Below, in pieces: positions 1-9,737 of a stretch of DNA of 64,000 bases (its first letter is position 1; each line of letters starts with the position of its first letter). The notes under the pieces were generated by a model. The model ran no database searches and had not been told where the DNA came from. It worked only from the letters and a program-made list of their open reading frames with translations. Location of the stretch: positions 160,001 to 224,000 of IMG/VR virus record IMGVR_UViG_3300038679_000051. One strand, given 5' to 3'. The stretch is from a virus. Taxonomy: Duplodnaviria > Caudoviricetes. The position numbers and the translations under genes are program-made.

Positions 1-2
1 GT

Positions 3-1334
3 CGCAATGCATATAAATGTAATTATTGGACCTCTTATTTAAATGATCCAAGTTGTTGCAATACCATCGACGCGATAACGCATTCTCAATCCTACAAGAA
101 TTGTGCAAATGGACATTGTAAATCGATTGGTAGTGCAAAATGCAAATATGAAGGCAATTGTGAATATTGGAATAGATTGAACGAAGCAATACAAGCCACC
201 GTCTGTGCCATGAACTATAAGAGCTTTTTATTCCAAATGATGGTTGGCAATCGTTTCGTAGATAGATCTTTACTCATCGCGGATGAAGGTCATAACATAG
301 AAAATGAATTGATGGATTTCGTAAGCGTAACGTTTACCGACAAAATGCTTCGTGCGGCGAACATCAAGATAGAGGATTTGGGGTCTGTCCAGGCATATCA
401 AGAGCGATTTAGAACGAATGACATATCATCAATTTTATCAGAATTGAAGGCTCTTGCACTTAGTCAGTCTTCTATTAAAGAATACGAAGAAATTGAACGT
501 CTCGAAATCAAATTAAATATGTTTATGATAGAAGACCCAACGTGGTGGGTATACGAATTGAAGAATCACAAGAATGGCAACACGACGTTAGAATTTAAAC
601 CAATATATGTAAGACAACACGTCAATCGTTTGGTGTTTAGTAAAGCTTCCTCTATCTTGATTATGAGTGCAACTCTAATTGATTTTAACATGATTATGGA
701 TATGTATGGCATTGATCGCAATGATTGTGTCACCATCACTATGCCAAATTCTTTTCCAAAAGAGAATCGTCCCATCTATAAAAAATATGCTGGATCAATG
801 AACTTTAAAGATAAATTTGGTACTATGCCAGAATTAATTAAGAAAGTAAACGACATATGCCGTCATTATCGTGATTTCCGTGGAATCATCCATACGCATA
901 ATTTTGAAATCATGAAGAAACTTGAAGAATGTTGTTCGCAGGAGGTCTCCCAAAGATTTTTATTGCAGACTAATTTTCAAAACAAAGAAGCAATGTTGGA
1001 AGAGCATGCACAGACTAAGAATGGCATCATCGTTGCACCAGCGATGCACGAGGGTCTCGATCTTCGTGATGATTTGAGTCGATTTCAAATCATTTGCAAA
1101 ATTCCATATCCAAATTTTATGGACAATAAACAATTAAAGATGAGGACAGAGTTGAACCACAATTATTTAGGTTATTTATGTGCATTAAAGATAATACAAT
1201 CTTATGGTAGATCAATCAGATCCGAGGATGATTGGGCCGATACTTATGTCATCGATTCGGAATTCGATAGATTTGTACAACGGAACAGAGCAATGTTGCC
1301 AAAATGGTTTGTGGAAGCTATAACCACTCGTTGA
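3..1334 (+). CDS. DinG/XPD-family Fe-S SF2 helicase, 5' truncated by window
   Basis: Frame is open from base 3 (RNAYKC...CC...C...C...C Cys cluster), upstream of the track start at 177; IADEGH motif II, MSATL motif III, HEGLDL, QSYGRSIRSEDD motif VI. Confidence 0.9.
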   Translation, partial: RNAYKCNYWTSYLNDPSCCNTIDAITHSQSYKNCANGHCKSIGSAKCKYEGNCEYWNRLNEAIQATVCAMNYKSFLFQMMVGNRFVDRSLLIADEGHNIENELMDFVSVTFTDKMLRAANIKIEDLGSVQAYQERFRTNDISSILSELKALALSQSSIKEYEEIERLEIKLNMFMIEDPTWWVYELKNHKNGNTTLEFKPIYVRQHVNRLVFSKASSILIMSATLIDFNMIMDMYGIDRNDCVTITMPNSFPKENRPIYKKYAGSMNFKDKFGTMPELIKKVNDICRHYRDFRGIIHTHNFEIMKKLEECCSQEVSQRFLLQTNFQNKEAMLEEHAQTKNGIIVAPAMHEGLDLRDDLSRFQIICKIPYPNFMDNKQLKMRTELNHNYLGYLCALKIIQSYGRSIRSEDDWADTYVIDSEFDRFVQRNRAMLPKWFVEAITTR

Positions 1335-2064
1335 TGATTGGTCTATTTAATCTAATCAAACGATCAATATTGTGTCGTTTCATTGTATTCACTTTTTTAA
1401 ATTTCACAGATTGTTCCAATTTGAGTTTTCTGTCCTCGAATCCAGCACCAATTCGTTTGGCATGAATTAGCATTCCTTTAAATATTGTTGATTTATATAA
1501 CAATTCATTGTTATATTCTAAAATACGTTCTTCATTCGAATTTAAATCATATTCTGATGTACATTGTATTATTTTATTTTTCTGTCTGTTCTTTTGATAT
1601 GTAATTAATAATTTGTCTGGTTCATCATAGCGATATGAAATATAATATATTAAACCATCCAATTTAATTATTGAATCATTTGTGTCTCTTATGTGTACGT
1701 TAATCTCTGGATCAGAAAACACAATACGGTTCTTATATAAAAAACCGGCTCTAGTCCTAATGATCATTTTTGGTTCTGATAATTGATCCAATGTTTTACC
1801 GTGCATATGATATAAGAAAAATGGTGGTCCAGATATGAATGATACATTCCATTGTCCATCTTCGTACCACGCTGTTGGTGCACATTCGCAAGTATCATCA
1901 TCTAGATTAGTTTTAATTTTGATTATGTTCTCGTCACCAATTTCATAACATATCTTCCATGTTTTTTCGTATTTACAGAAAAACAATATGTCTTCGTTGT
2001 TTGGTCCAATCATCGCAAATGGCATGTGGGTTAAAATGTTATTATTCAGAACTTTATCGAACAT
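1318..2064 (-). CDS. hypothetical protein
   Basis: 248-aa ORF with GGAG SD; follows the fibre-like genes on the same strand. Confidence 0.75.
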   Translation of the reverse strand: MFDKVLNNNILTHMPFAMIGPNNEDILFFCKYEKTWKICYEIGDENIIKIKTNLDDDTCECAPTAWYEDGQWNVSFISGPPFFLYHMHGKTLDQLSEPKMIIRTRAGFLYKNRIVFSDPEINVHIRDTNDSIIKLDGLIYYISYRYDEPDKLLITYQKNRQKNKIIQCTSEYDLNSNEERILEYNNELLYKSTIFKGMLIHAKRIGAGFEDRKLKLEQSVKFKKVNTMKRHNIDRLIRLNRPIINEWL

Positions 2065-2104
2065 TTTTGTTTCTCCCTTGATCAGTCAGAATGCAATCTG
2101 ATTG

Positions 2105-5100
2105 TTAACCAAAATGTAAATATAATCTGGTGGTTGTGCTAGCAAGCATTTTATCTCCAACAGAGTCTGTAGCTAATTTACTCCAAGCTTGATTAGTATT
2201 ACCAAGAGGTCGTTGTTCGAACCAATTTGTTCCACCATCAGTAGAACAATAAATACGACCATTGGTAGTCGATGAATATATGCCCACCATCATTATTGCA
2301 GCATTTCCACCAATAACACCACATCTCCAATTTCTATTTCCTGGTGTGCCACCAGGTGGAAAAATTTCAGACCAATTTGCACCAGAATCCGATGACAAAT
2401 ATAATCTTCCGCCATATATGCCTGCTAACATATATTGGCCATTCTGACTACACGCCACAAAATCCCAATTTTTATTTCCTGGTGTGCCGCCAGGTGGAAA
2501 AATTTCAGACCAATTTGCACCAGAATCCGATGACAAATATAATCTTCCGCCATATACACATGCCATTAAATTCGTTCCAGTTGAATCAGATGCAACGTCA
2601 TCCCAACTCTTATCTTCGGCAGTTCCAGTTGGTGTAGTCTCTGACCAATTGGACCCATAATCTGATGATATATATACCCTGTCACTACACACAATCAAAT
2701 TAGATCCATCAGAATCAGATGCTATGCTAGCCCAATATTCATCATTGTCGCCAATTGGTCGTAATTCAGACCATGATGATCCATAATTTGTTGATTTATA
2801 TATCCTTCCAGTCGGTGTAAAACCCGAAATTTTGGATGAAATCACCACGATTTGTGAACCATTAGAATTACTGGCGGCATCCCCCCAATCTAAGTCCTGA
2901 TAGGTATCATTCGGTTGTGTCTCCGACCATATATCTCCACCATTGGTCGACACATACAATCTTTTACCATATGCCCCAGCGATCAAATTTTGGCCGTCAT
3001 CGTCAATCGCTAATGCTGTAAAATGACGATCAACGTTCCCTGCAGGTCTCGCTTCTGTCCAATATTCTGATGATCTAGACGAGGATGATGATCTAGACGA
3101 AGATGAAGAAGATTTAGATGAGGACAAAGAGGATGAAGAAGATTTAGATGAAAACGAAGAGGATTCAGAAGATTTAGAGGATTTAGACGAAGATGAAGAT
3201 AAAGATGAAGATAAAGAAGACGAAGACCAACAAAGATACGGTGTTTGTGATTCTTTGTTTGGCCAATTTATATAAGACCCAGATAATATACCTATTTCTA
3301 ATCTGATCTCTGTTAGGTTCGCGTCAGCGATGAATGAATTAGGTAGAAGTTCTAACTTCCCATTAGCGTCAACACATCCATAATCAAATATGAATCCATC
3401 TCTTGCTATTAATCTCCAGAATGCATTTGGCTCTGCTATATCATTGCCTAAGAATTGGGCAAGATCCCAAGAATCACCAATGTTTTGTAAAAATGCTCCG
3501 CCGAGTATCATAATTGGGCCACAGTCATTAAAATCAGATATATTTGTTAAGGGTTGACAATCGCCAGGCCATCGAATTGTCGTTTGATCGTCTGATTCTG
3601 AACAACCAATCTGCAATTGCATATATCCGGTATAATAGTAAGACGATACGAATTGTGCTGGTAATCCGAGCAATTCATTGTTTTCATCGATACATCCGGC
3701 ACCATACCATGGGTAAACAGTTGGGTAGCATGCACCAATCTCTATTAATCTCCAGTATCCACCACATGTTGCTATTCCAATTCCTTGATATGGTGTTAAA
3801 TCCCAAATTGGATCTGTTCCTCCATGGGTTGTTTTGCTAGCTAATATTGTTGGTGTGCATGAGCATAATGATGATGACGAACTGGATTTAGATGAACTGG
3901 AGCTGGATTTAGATGAACTGGAGCTGGATCTAGATGATGAACTAGATTTAGATGATGAACTAGAAGATTTAGACGACGAACTAGAACTGGAGGATTTAGA
4001 CGACGAACTAGAACTGGATCTAGATGATGATGAACTGGAGGATCTAGACGACGAACTGGAACTGGATTTAGATGACGAACTGGAACTGGATTTAGACGAA
4101 CTAGAACTGGAGGATTTAGACGACGAACTGGAACTGGATGACATAGATGATGATGAACTGGAACTAGACGACATGGAACTAGACGATGAGCTGGAACTAG
4201 ACGATAAACTAGATGAACTAGACGATGAACTAGATGAACTAGATGATGAACTGGAACTGGATGATGAACTGGATGATGAACTGGATGATGATGAACTAGA
4301 ACTGGACGACGACCCAGCGTCGCATGGTATCGATGTGCATACGTCCAATTCATATCCGGTACAACAGTCGACCTGGTTATAATTAATTTGCACCTTAATT
4401 AGAGCACTACCGCTCCATGGTTGATAATTTGGCGTATCAAATTTACTAGGTTTTGGTATTCTCAAAAAGAAAGTCAATTCACGCAATCCACCATCAGGTC
4501 TTAATATTGTTGCTTTAAATGTCTCATTCCCGATTGTTGGGACTGGGACTTCTTTGAGTCTCGTCATTAATTCTGCGACGATTGCATCGCCTACCCATTT
4601 GTCATTCAAATAAAGTTCGTTAAGATATGCATTCCATTGTGCGTCCGTCCAATTAGATAATTGTTGTCGTGATTGATTCCATTCTAGAGATGCGGGCATC
4701 TTCATTGCGTCAATGTCGGGCAATTTAAGATATGTCATTTTTTCTTGGTATTTAAATGGCGTCGGATGCGTCGTATCTATTGGGAAGAATTTTGCTCGTT
4801 GTTCAAAATACACTGGCGTTAATCCAGTGGCACTCAATAATTCTGCCGTCATAATTGCATTGCAACGACTTGGGAATTTACCACCAGCAGCTAAAAAATC
4901 ACCTCGTTCTTTGTCGCACTTATCAGTCGGTGATTTTACTTTTACCGTAAACGCTATCCATTCACCATCATCGCAGCATCCCCGCTTATAAGATCCATCT
5001 TCTTTTCTACAAGCTGGATCAAGCCATTCATCGTAATTCAATTTAAATGTGGCTATTTGTTTGTCGCCATTAATGGCACATTCTTGTGGTGGTATGCATC

Positions 5101-6463
5101 TGATTGTTTCTTCCTTGCATTCCACACAACACAATGGTGAACAGTTGATGTCAATTTCTTTGCCTTGTATTTCACATGGGCATGGACAACCGATTTTCTT
5201 AGGTGGACTGAATGCACCAGCAACATCACATACGTCACCAACGTTTGCGCACAAAAACATATCTTCTTGACAACAAAATTCCTCTGGTCTTGGATTTTTC
5301 ATGATCTTGAAGGGTAATGTTTGTTCTTCTTGCCATTCAAATTTCGCCCAATCGAATCTAGATACGTCAATGCATGCTCTCTGTGGCGTCCATGCCGGTA
5401 GATTCAACACTGGCTCGACCGAATCCGTTGAGATGTATTCATTATAGACGATATATTTACATGTCTGGGTCGTCGGTTGTATTGCTACCCATTTGACTAG
5501 ATGATCTGAATATCCTGGCGACGATGGATTTTCGTGACAGATGATGACTGGTTTGAATGCCGTAGCTGGCGGTAGATATGTCGGTACAATACCCATGACG
5601 CACATTTCTTTAGAGATTGCATCGACCAAATAGAATAAGTTATTGCCGACGTCGCTCTTTCTCAAATTTTTAACTGCTTGATCTACGATCAGACTATCTA
5701 ATAATTGTTGGTCCTCGATGATCTGTAAGAAATTTAAACCATCAGGTCCGATTTCACCTTTTGGGCCAATTTGTCTGATCTTGAACGTCCACGAACCCTT
5801 CTCAAACGTTCCATAAATTGTTGCTTTGAACGTCTCATTCTCCCACGTTATGTCTTTGATCTCGACTTGTTGTCCGATTATTTCGACTACTTCCATGTCT
5901 TTGGTCAACAACATTTCGGTAACTTGATTTCTGTAATTATATAAACGAAGTGAAATGTTCGTCTCGATTGGTAACGTCAATGCCTTCTCGACCATCATTG
6001 ATGATGTGGTTAAATTTCTGGGTTTCAAATGCCTTTCTTTATAAGCCTTAATGCCAGATCTGCCTTGTTTGCCTTGTAGTCCAGCATCACCTTTGGGACC
6101 TACGCAGACGTTGCGCAATACTTTCTGATGCAATCTACTTCTATCAACCTCATATCTTAGGCTCTGTTGTGATTCAGGATAGAATCTAATCAAATCATCA
6201 GACGAATTAAAATAATAGAAATATGCCTGATTATTTTCAAATTTTACTGTTTTGCGTAAGTCATCTTTGTGGAATTCTATTTTTCTTTCCCGATCGAATA
6301 ATGTCGGATACACCAACCCATCATTCTCTACATCTACAATTCGTGGAATTTTCGTCGCGCCCTTGTTTATCCATGAATTAGATTCTATGTCAAATTCATG
6401 CAGTACGCCATAAACATCTATGACTTGGTCTTTGTCTTTGGCATTTGGCGGAAACATAATCAT
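2105..6463 (-). CDS. large fibre/adhesin-like virion protein (collagen motifs, Cys-rich, poly-Ser linkers, C-terminal BNR-type propeller)
   Basis: GPKGDAGLQGKQG and GPKGEIGPDG triplets; Ser tracts; repeated S-x-D-x-G-x-x-W BNR motifs; function inferred. Confidence 0.7.
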   Translation of the reverse strand: MIMFPPNAKDKDQVIDVYGVLHEFDIESNSWINKGATKIPRIVDVENDGLVYPTLFDRERKIEFHKDDLRKTVKFENNQAYFYYFNSSDDLIRFYPESQQSLRYEVDRSRLHQKVLRNVCVGPKGDAGLQGKQGRSGIKAYKERHLKPRNLTTSSMMVEKALTLPIETNISLRLYNYRNQVTEMLLTKDMEVVEIIGQQVEIKDITWENETFKATIYGTFEKGSWTFKIRQIGPKGEIGPDGLNFLQIIEDQQLLDSLIVDQAVKNLRKSDVGNNLFYLVDAISKEMCVMGIVPTYLPPATAFKPVIICHENPSSPGYSDHLVKWVAIQPTTQTCKYIVYNEYISTDSVEPVLNLPAWTPQRACIDVSRFDWAKFEWQEEQTLPFKIMKNPRPEEFCCQEDMFLCANVGDVCDVAGAFSPPKKIGCPCPCEIQGKEIDINCSPLCCVECKEETIRCIPPQECAINGDKQIATFKLNYDEWLDPACRKEDGSYKRGCCDDGEWIAFTVKVKSPTDKCDKERGDFLAAGGKFPSRCNAIMTAELLSATGLTPVYFEQRAKFFPIDTTHPTPFKYQEKMTYLKLPDIDAMKMPASLEWNQSRQQLSNWTDAQWNAYLNELYLNDKWVGDAIVAELMTRLKEVPVPTIGNETFKATILRPDGGLRELTFFLRIPKPSKFDTPNYQPWSGSALIKVQINYNQVDCCTGYELDVCTSIPCDAGSSSSSSSSSSSSSSSSSSSSSSSSSSSSSSSSSSSLSSSSSSSSSSMSSSSSSSSSMSSSSSSSSKSSSSSSSKSSSSSSSKSSSSSSSRSSSSSSSRSSSSSSSKSSSSSSSSKSSSSSSKSSSSSRSSSSSSKSSSSSSKSSSSSSLCSCTPTILASKTTHGGTDPIWDLTPYQGIGIATCGGYWRLIEIGACYPTVYPWYGAGCIDENNELLGLPAQFVSSYYYTGYMQLQIGCSESDDQTTIRWPGDCQPLTNISDFNDCGPIMILGGAFLQNIGDSWDLAQFLGNDIAEPNAFWRLIARDGFIFDYGCVDANGKLELLPNSFIADANLTEIRLEIGILSGSYINWPNKESQTPYLCWSSSSLSSSLSSSSSKSSKSSESSSFSSKSSSSSLSSSKSSSSSSRSSSSSRSSEYWTEARPAGNVDRHFTALAIDDDGQNLIAGAYGKRLYVSTNGGDIWSETQPNDTYQDLDWGDAASNSNGSQIVVISSKISGFTPTGRIYKSTNYGSSWSELRPIGDNDEYWASIASDSDGSNLIVCSDRVYISSDYGSNWSETTPTGTAEDKSWDDVASDSTGTNLMACVYGGRLYLSSDSGANWSEIFPPGGTPGNKNWDFVACSQNGQYMLAGIYGGRLYLSSDSGANWSEIFPPGGTPGNRNWRCGVIGGNAAIMMVGIYSSTTNGRIYCSTDGGTNWFEQRPLGNTNQAWSKLATDSVGDKMLASTTTRLYLHFG
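2329..2556. repeat. ~90-bp near-identical direct repeat, period 138 bp (one propeller blade)
   Basis: ctggtgtgcc...cttccgccatata at 2341 and 2479; protein GGRLYLSSDSGANWSEIFPPGGTPGN twice. Confidence 0.9.
3068..3226 (-). repeat. second Ser-rich low-complexity tract (~53 codons)
   Basis: SSSSLSSSLSSSSSKSSKSSESS... in the 1452-aa ORF. Confidence 0.9.
3869..4312 (-). repeat. poly-serine coding tract (~148 codons) punctuated by K/R/M/L
   Basis: degenerate gatgatgaactagaactg-type repeats, TCN/AGY codons on the minus strand. Confidence 0.95.
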
Positions 6464-8193
6464 TCGACCACCTCCGCCGTCACCGTTAGATCATATCCAA
6501 TGCAGCACACAGTTTTATCTAGATTTACTTGTATATCTAATCTCATCGTCCCAGTTCCAATGATTATTATTGATGCATTACCCATGTCTGTTATTGCCAA
6601 TATTCCTTCGGGGTCTTGTGTCATCTCGTCTTCCAGACAGGTCGGTATTATGTTAGATCTTATTGAACATGGTTCTATTTTAAATTTTGTGTGCTCATCA
6701 CAGTAATTATTGTTATTCAATGCGATTGTTATTTTCGTTTTGGATTTATTTAAAATAATTTCTTGCCGATACTCGTGCATTTTCCCATTTATTGAACACT
6801 GATACGTATTCGATGTCGTTTCACCATCGAATATCATCAGGTCAGTTCTTGGTTGACAATCACACGGACATTCATCTGTTTCAAATCTGATGATTTTAGG
6901 CACATCGCCTTCTACTGGACATGAGTCGCCGACATTTGCGCACCAAAATAAGTCTTGTTGGCAACATTGTTCTGGTGGGCGTGGATCTTTTAATATGTTG
7001 AAAGGTATTACACCACCCTTTTCTTCTGCCTGGATGTCATCCTGCCAATCATATGTCGCTATTGGAAATCTTAGTCTATCAGCACATTGTTTCATTGGCG
7101 TCCAGAATGGTAAATTAAGCACTGGTTCGGATATTGCCGAAAGAGATAATGGCTTGATAGTGACAATGTCTTTACATTCCCTGGACGTCTCCAATATTGC
7201 TACCCATAATGCTCTCTCTACTATGTCAAGCGGTAGCCCATAAACCGGCGTCAAACCATAAACGCAGGATCCCTCAGTTACTGCTTGACGTTTATATAAT
7301 ATGTCTGAAGAAGTCGATGATTTCCTAACGTTTATCACTGCATTAGTAGAGACTATCCCTAGATCATCAATCCATTTTAATTTAGTTTGTAGAAAATTTA
7401 GCCCATTCGGCCCAGTTTCACCCTTTGGGCCGATTTGTCTGGTTTTAAAATAATGCTTGTCGTATGAACCTAACGACAACTTAATTGTTGCCTCGATCGT
7501 CCACACATCCTCAGTTTTCGCTATCTTTATTGTTGGATTTTCACTTATTATGGTGCTTTTAGTATAATTCTTTATGGTGATGTTGTCAGCGTTAGTGCCA
7601 TCCGTTTCAATTAATATCTCAGACGTTTTTATGTCATATTTGTTATATAATCGTATCGAAATAGGCGTATCAATTGGTATGTTGACGTCGACAGTGAATG
7701 TTGCCTCGACATTAGAAATGAATTTCGGTATGATTCGTCTTTCTTTAGGTGCCGACATACCTGGCCAACCCTGATCGCCCTCATATCCAACATCTCCCCG
7801 TTCCCCGACACATACGTTCCTGAGGATTTTTTGATATAATCTACCTCTATCGACTTCACATCGCAATGTCTCTCGTGTCTCACCATAAAATCTTATTAAA
7901 TCATCTGACGAATTAAAATAATAAAAATATGATGGCATCATTATTTCAGTCTGGAATTTGATCAAATTTAATTGATTTTTATACTTATTGATCAATAAAA
8001 TTCTATCATATAATTTAGGATATATTAATCCATTGGTTTCTTCGTTGACATTAGGCGGTGTTTTGATTACCCCTTTATTGATAAAGGAATCTGATTTCTT
8101 ATTATATTCATATATCACCCCTTCGCTATCAGCGTATTGCCCACCATCGATGAGGTTTCCATCAAATGGTGGAAGTTTGCATGATTTGGCCAT
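6460..8193 (-). CDS. paralog of the N-terminal part of the 1452-aa fibre-like protein
   Basis: shared YYFNSSDDLIRFY, RNVCVG, RQIGPKGExGPxG, EPVLNLPxWTP, PRPxExCCQxD motifs. Confidence 0.8.
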   Translation of the reverse strand: MAKSCKLPPFDGNLIDGGQYADSEGVIYEYNKKSDSFINKGVIKTPPNVNEETNGLIYPKLYDRILLINKYKNQLNLIKFQTEIMMPSYFYYFNSSDDLIRFYGETRETLRCEVDRGRLYQKILRNVCVGERGDVGYEGDQGWPGMSAPKERRIIPKFISNVEATFTVDVNIPIDTPISIRLYNKYDIKTSEILIETDGTNADNITIKNYTKSTIISENPTIKIAKTEDVWTIEATIKLSLGSYDKHYFKTRQIGPKGETGPNGLNFLQTKLKWIDDLGIVSTNAVINVRKSSTSSDILYKRQAVTEGSCVYGLTPVYGLPLDIVERALWVAILETSRECKDIVTIKPLSLSAISEPVLNLPFWTPMKQCADRLRFPIATYDWQDDIQAEEKGGVIPFNILKDPRPPEQCCQQDLFWCANVGDSCPVEGDVPKIIRFETDECPCDCQPRTDLMIFDGETTSNTYQCSINGKMHEYRQEIILNKSKTKITIALNNNNYCDEHTKFKIEPCSIRSNIIPTCLEDEMTQDPEGILAITDMGNASIIIIGTGTMRLDIQVNLDKTVCCIGYDLTVTAEVVE

Positions 8194-8222
8194 ACAGTTT
8201 TCCTCTTCCTATATATATATTT

Positions 8223-8810
8223 CCATCTGCGTTTAGATTTTCATCTTATTCAATATAGACCATCTCCTACCATCTGCGTCCCATAGGGCAAGCCAATAAA
8301 TCACAAAACAACCATGATTTTGGTTAATGCATTATGGGTATACCATAAAATAAATCACAATAATCATTTAGCACCAAGCAGCATAATGATAAATATGCTG
8401 GGCTTTTCCCAATCACATTGGCTAAATGTGATTGATTGTATGCCTTAATTGCTAAATGATTACATGGTTTTATGGTATGCAGATGTTTAAATCTTAAAAA
8501 ATCACCCAATGTCTTGCATAGGATGATTTTACCGGTGGAGGCCCATCTGCCCACATGTTTCTTGGGAAACATATGGAAGGAGAAACATCCTCCCGTCCGC
8601 GCATTACGCGCAGGGCGCTTTTCATGGCCAGGCTGTAAGATGGTTAGACTCACCTGGGGGCCTCTGTCCCACACTGGGTTTCTCCCGTCCTTTGGTCCGG
8701 GGTCTGCGTATCGTGCAGATGACGTGCCGTTCTCCCGTCGGTTTTTCGACCACATGGTCATGGTGAACCAATGATGATGCATTCGATTACGGCGTCTCAT
8801 CATCATTATT
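8223..8810. ncRNA. candidate structured ncRNA or structured origin element
   Basis: many inverted repeats (8341-8350/8468-8477, 8361-8373/8450-8462, 8410-8419/8425-8434, 8551-8561/8566-8576, 8770-8779/8798-8807); family not recognised. Confidence 0.4.
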
Positions 8811-8823
8811 CGATTTAAACCAT

Positions 8824-8951
8824 TTTTAATCTTTTAATCTTTTAATCTTTTAATCTTTTAATCTTTTAATCTTTTAATCTTTTAATCTTTTAATCTTTTA
8901 ATCTTTTAATCTTTTAATCTTTTAATCTTTTAATCTTTTAATCTTTTAATC
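8824..8951. repeat. perfect tandem repeat (TTTTAATC)16
   Basis: 128 bp, 16 exact copies counted. Confidence 0.97.
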
Positions 8952-9020
8952 ATCTCTCATCTCTGAATCTTCAATACTTAAATATTAGCAAAAATAAAAT
9001 GATGAAAAGGAGAAAAGAAA

Positions 9021-9386
9021 TTGATGAAAATCGCAGTTGACATAGATGATACTATTGTTAAACAAGAAGAGGATTTTGACATTACTGAATTTGGTATTCC
9101 ATTGCCCAATGCTATTGAAGCACTTAATAAATTGCGTCTAAATGGTTGGACTATTATTTTACATTCTTGTCGGACCACGCCGGATGTTAACCCAGGATAT
9201 GATCTAGAAATATTGAAGATGAATGTAATGATGTGGGCAGATGAAAATGGTGTACCATATGATGATGTTTGGGTTGGTGAAGGTAAACCATTGGCTGATG
9301 TGTATTTAGATAATAAGGCCATGGAATTTCATGGTGATTGGAAATTGGTCATGCAGAAATTAGAAGCGCTTCAGGAGGATCAATGA
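9021..9386 (+). CDS. HAD-superfamily phosphatase-like protein
   Basis: IAVDIDDT motif I, GKPLADVYLD(D/N)K cap-less HAD C-terminal motif; AGGAG SD. Confidence 0.8.
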   Translation: MMKIAVDIDDTIVKQEEDFDITEFGIPLPNAIEALNKLRLNGWTIILHSCRTTPDVNPGYDLEILKMNVMMWADENGVPYDDVWVGEGKPLADVYLDNKAMEFHGDWKLVMQKLEALQEDQ

Positions 9387-9664
9387 TGGGTCTCTTTGGA
9401 TTTCTTAGAAAAACGCCGAATATTCCTGCCCCAATGGTGATCGAATTACACATCACCGGGTCTTTGGAGATCAAAGGTGACCTACAGCGAGATTACGGCG
9501 AAAAATTTAAGTCGTTGGGAGTTTCCCAAAGAGACGATAGACAAATCAAGTCATCTGAGGGAAAGCTTGCTGACGCCATCGCTGCACAACAACTCACTAA
9601 CCTCAAATTGCAGTTTGAAGGACAGAATACGATTGCTGGTCTTGGCCAAGAAGCGGATCAATAA
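9383..9664 (+). CDS. hypothetical protein
   Basis: ATGA overlap with upstream stop, GGAGG SD; track start 9338 probably too early. Confidence 0.65.
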   Translation: MMGLFGFLRKTPNIPAPMVIELHITGSLEIKGDLQRDYGEKFKSLGVSQRDDRQIKSSEGKLADAIAAQQLTNLKLQFEGQNTIAGLGQEADQ

Positions 9665-9737
9665 CGTTGAAGAGAAACGTAAACTGGCGGATGTGCTTTC
9701 GAGAATTAGGCGAATTAGCTTTAGGAGCGGAAAAGCG

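Noticed and set aside
2329-2556. DGR template/variable repeat pair
   Set aside because: Both copies are in-frame within one gene, and no reverse transcriptase is present in the window
3834-4382. 182-aa D/E/L-repeat ORF (+) and H/P/V-rich ORF 3841-4353 (-)
   Set aside because: Antisense or alternative-frame shadows of the poly-Ser tract
8530-8665. tmRNA or tRNA-Ala-like ends (GGGGGCC and GGCCTCCACC)
   Set aside because: The two halves are on opposite strands (a direct repeat on one strand), and there is no T-loop or tag frame
8324-8806. ORFs 8324-8806 (-) and 8472-8774 (+)
   Set aside because: No SD, no protein-like features; they overlie the stem-rich GC-shifted element, which lowers stop-codon frequency
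8824-8951. CRISPR array
   Set aside because: 8-bp unit with no spacers; no cas genes
9477-9737. N-terminal extension of the actin-like ORF
   Set aside because: Overlaps the 9383 gene; strong SD and the phosphate-1 motif follow ATG 9738
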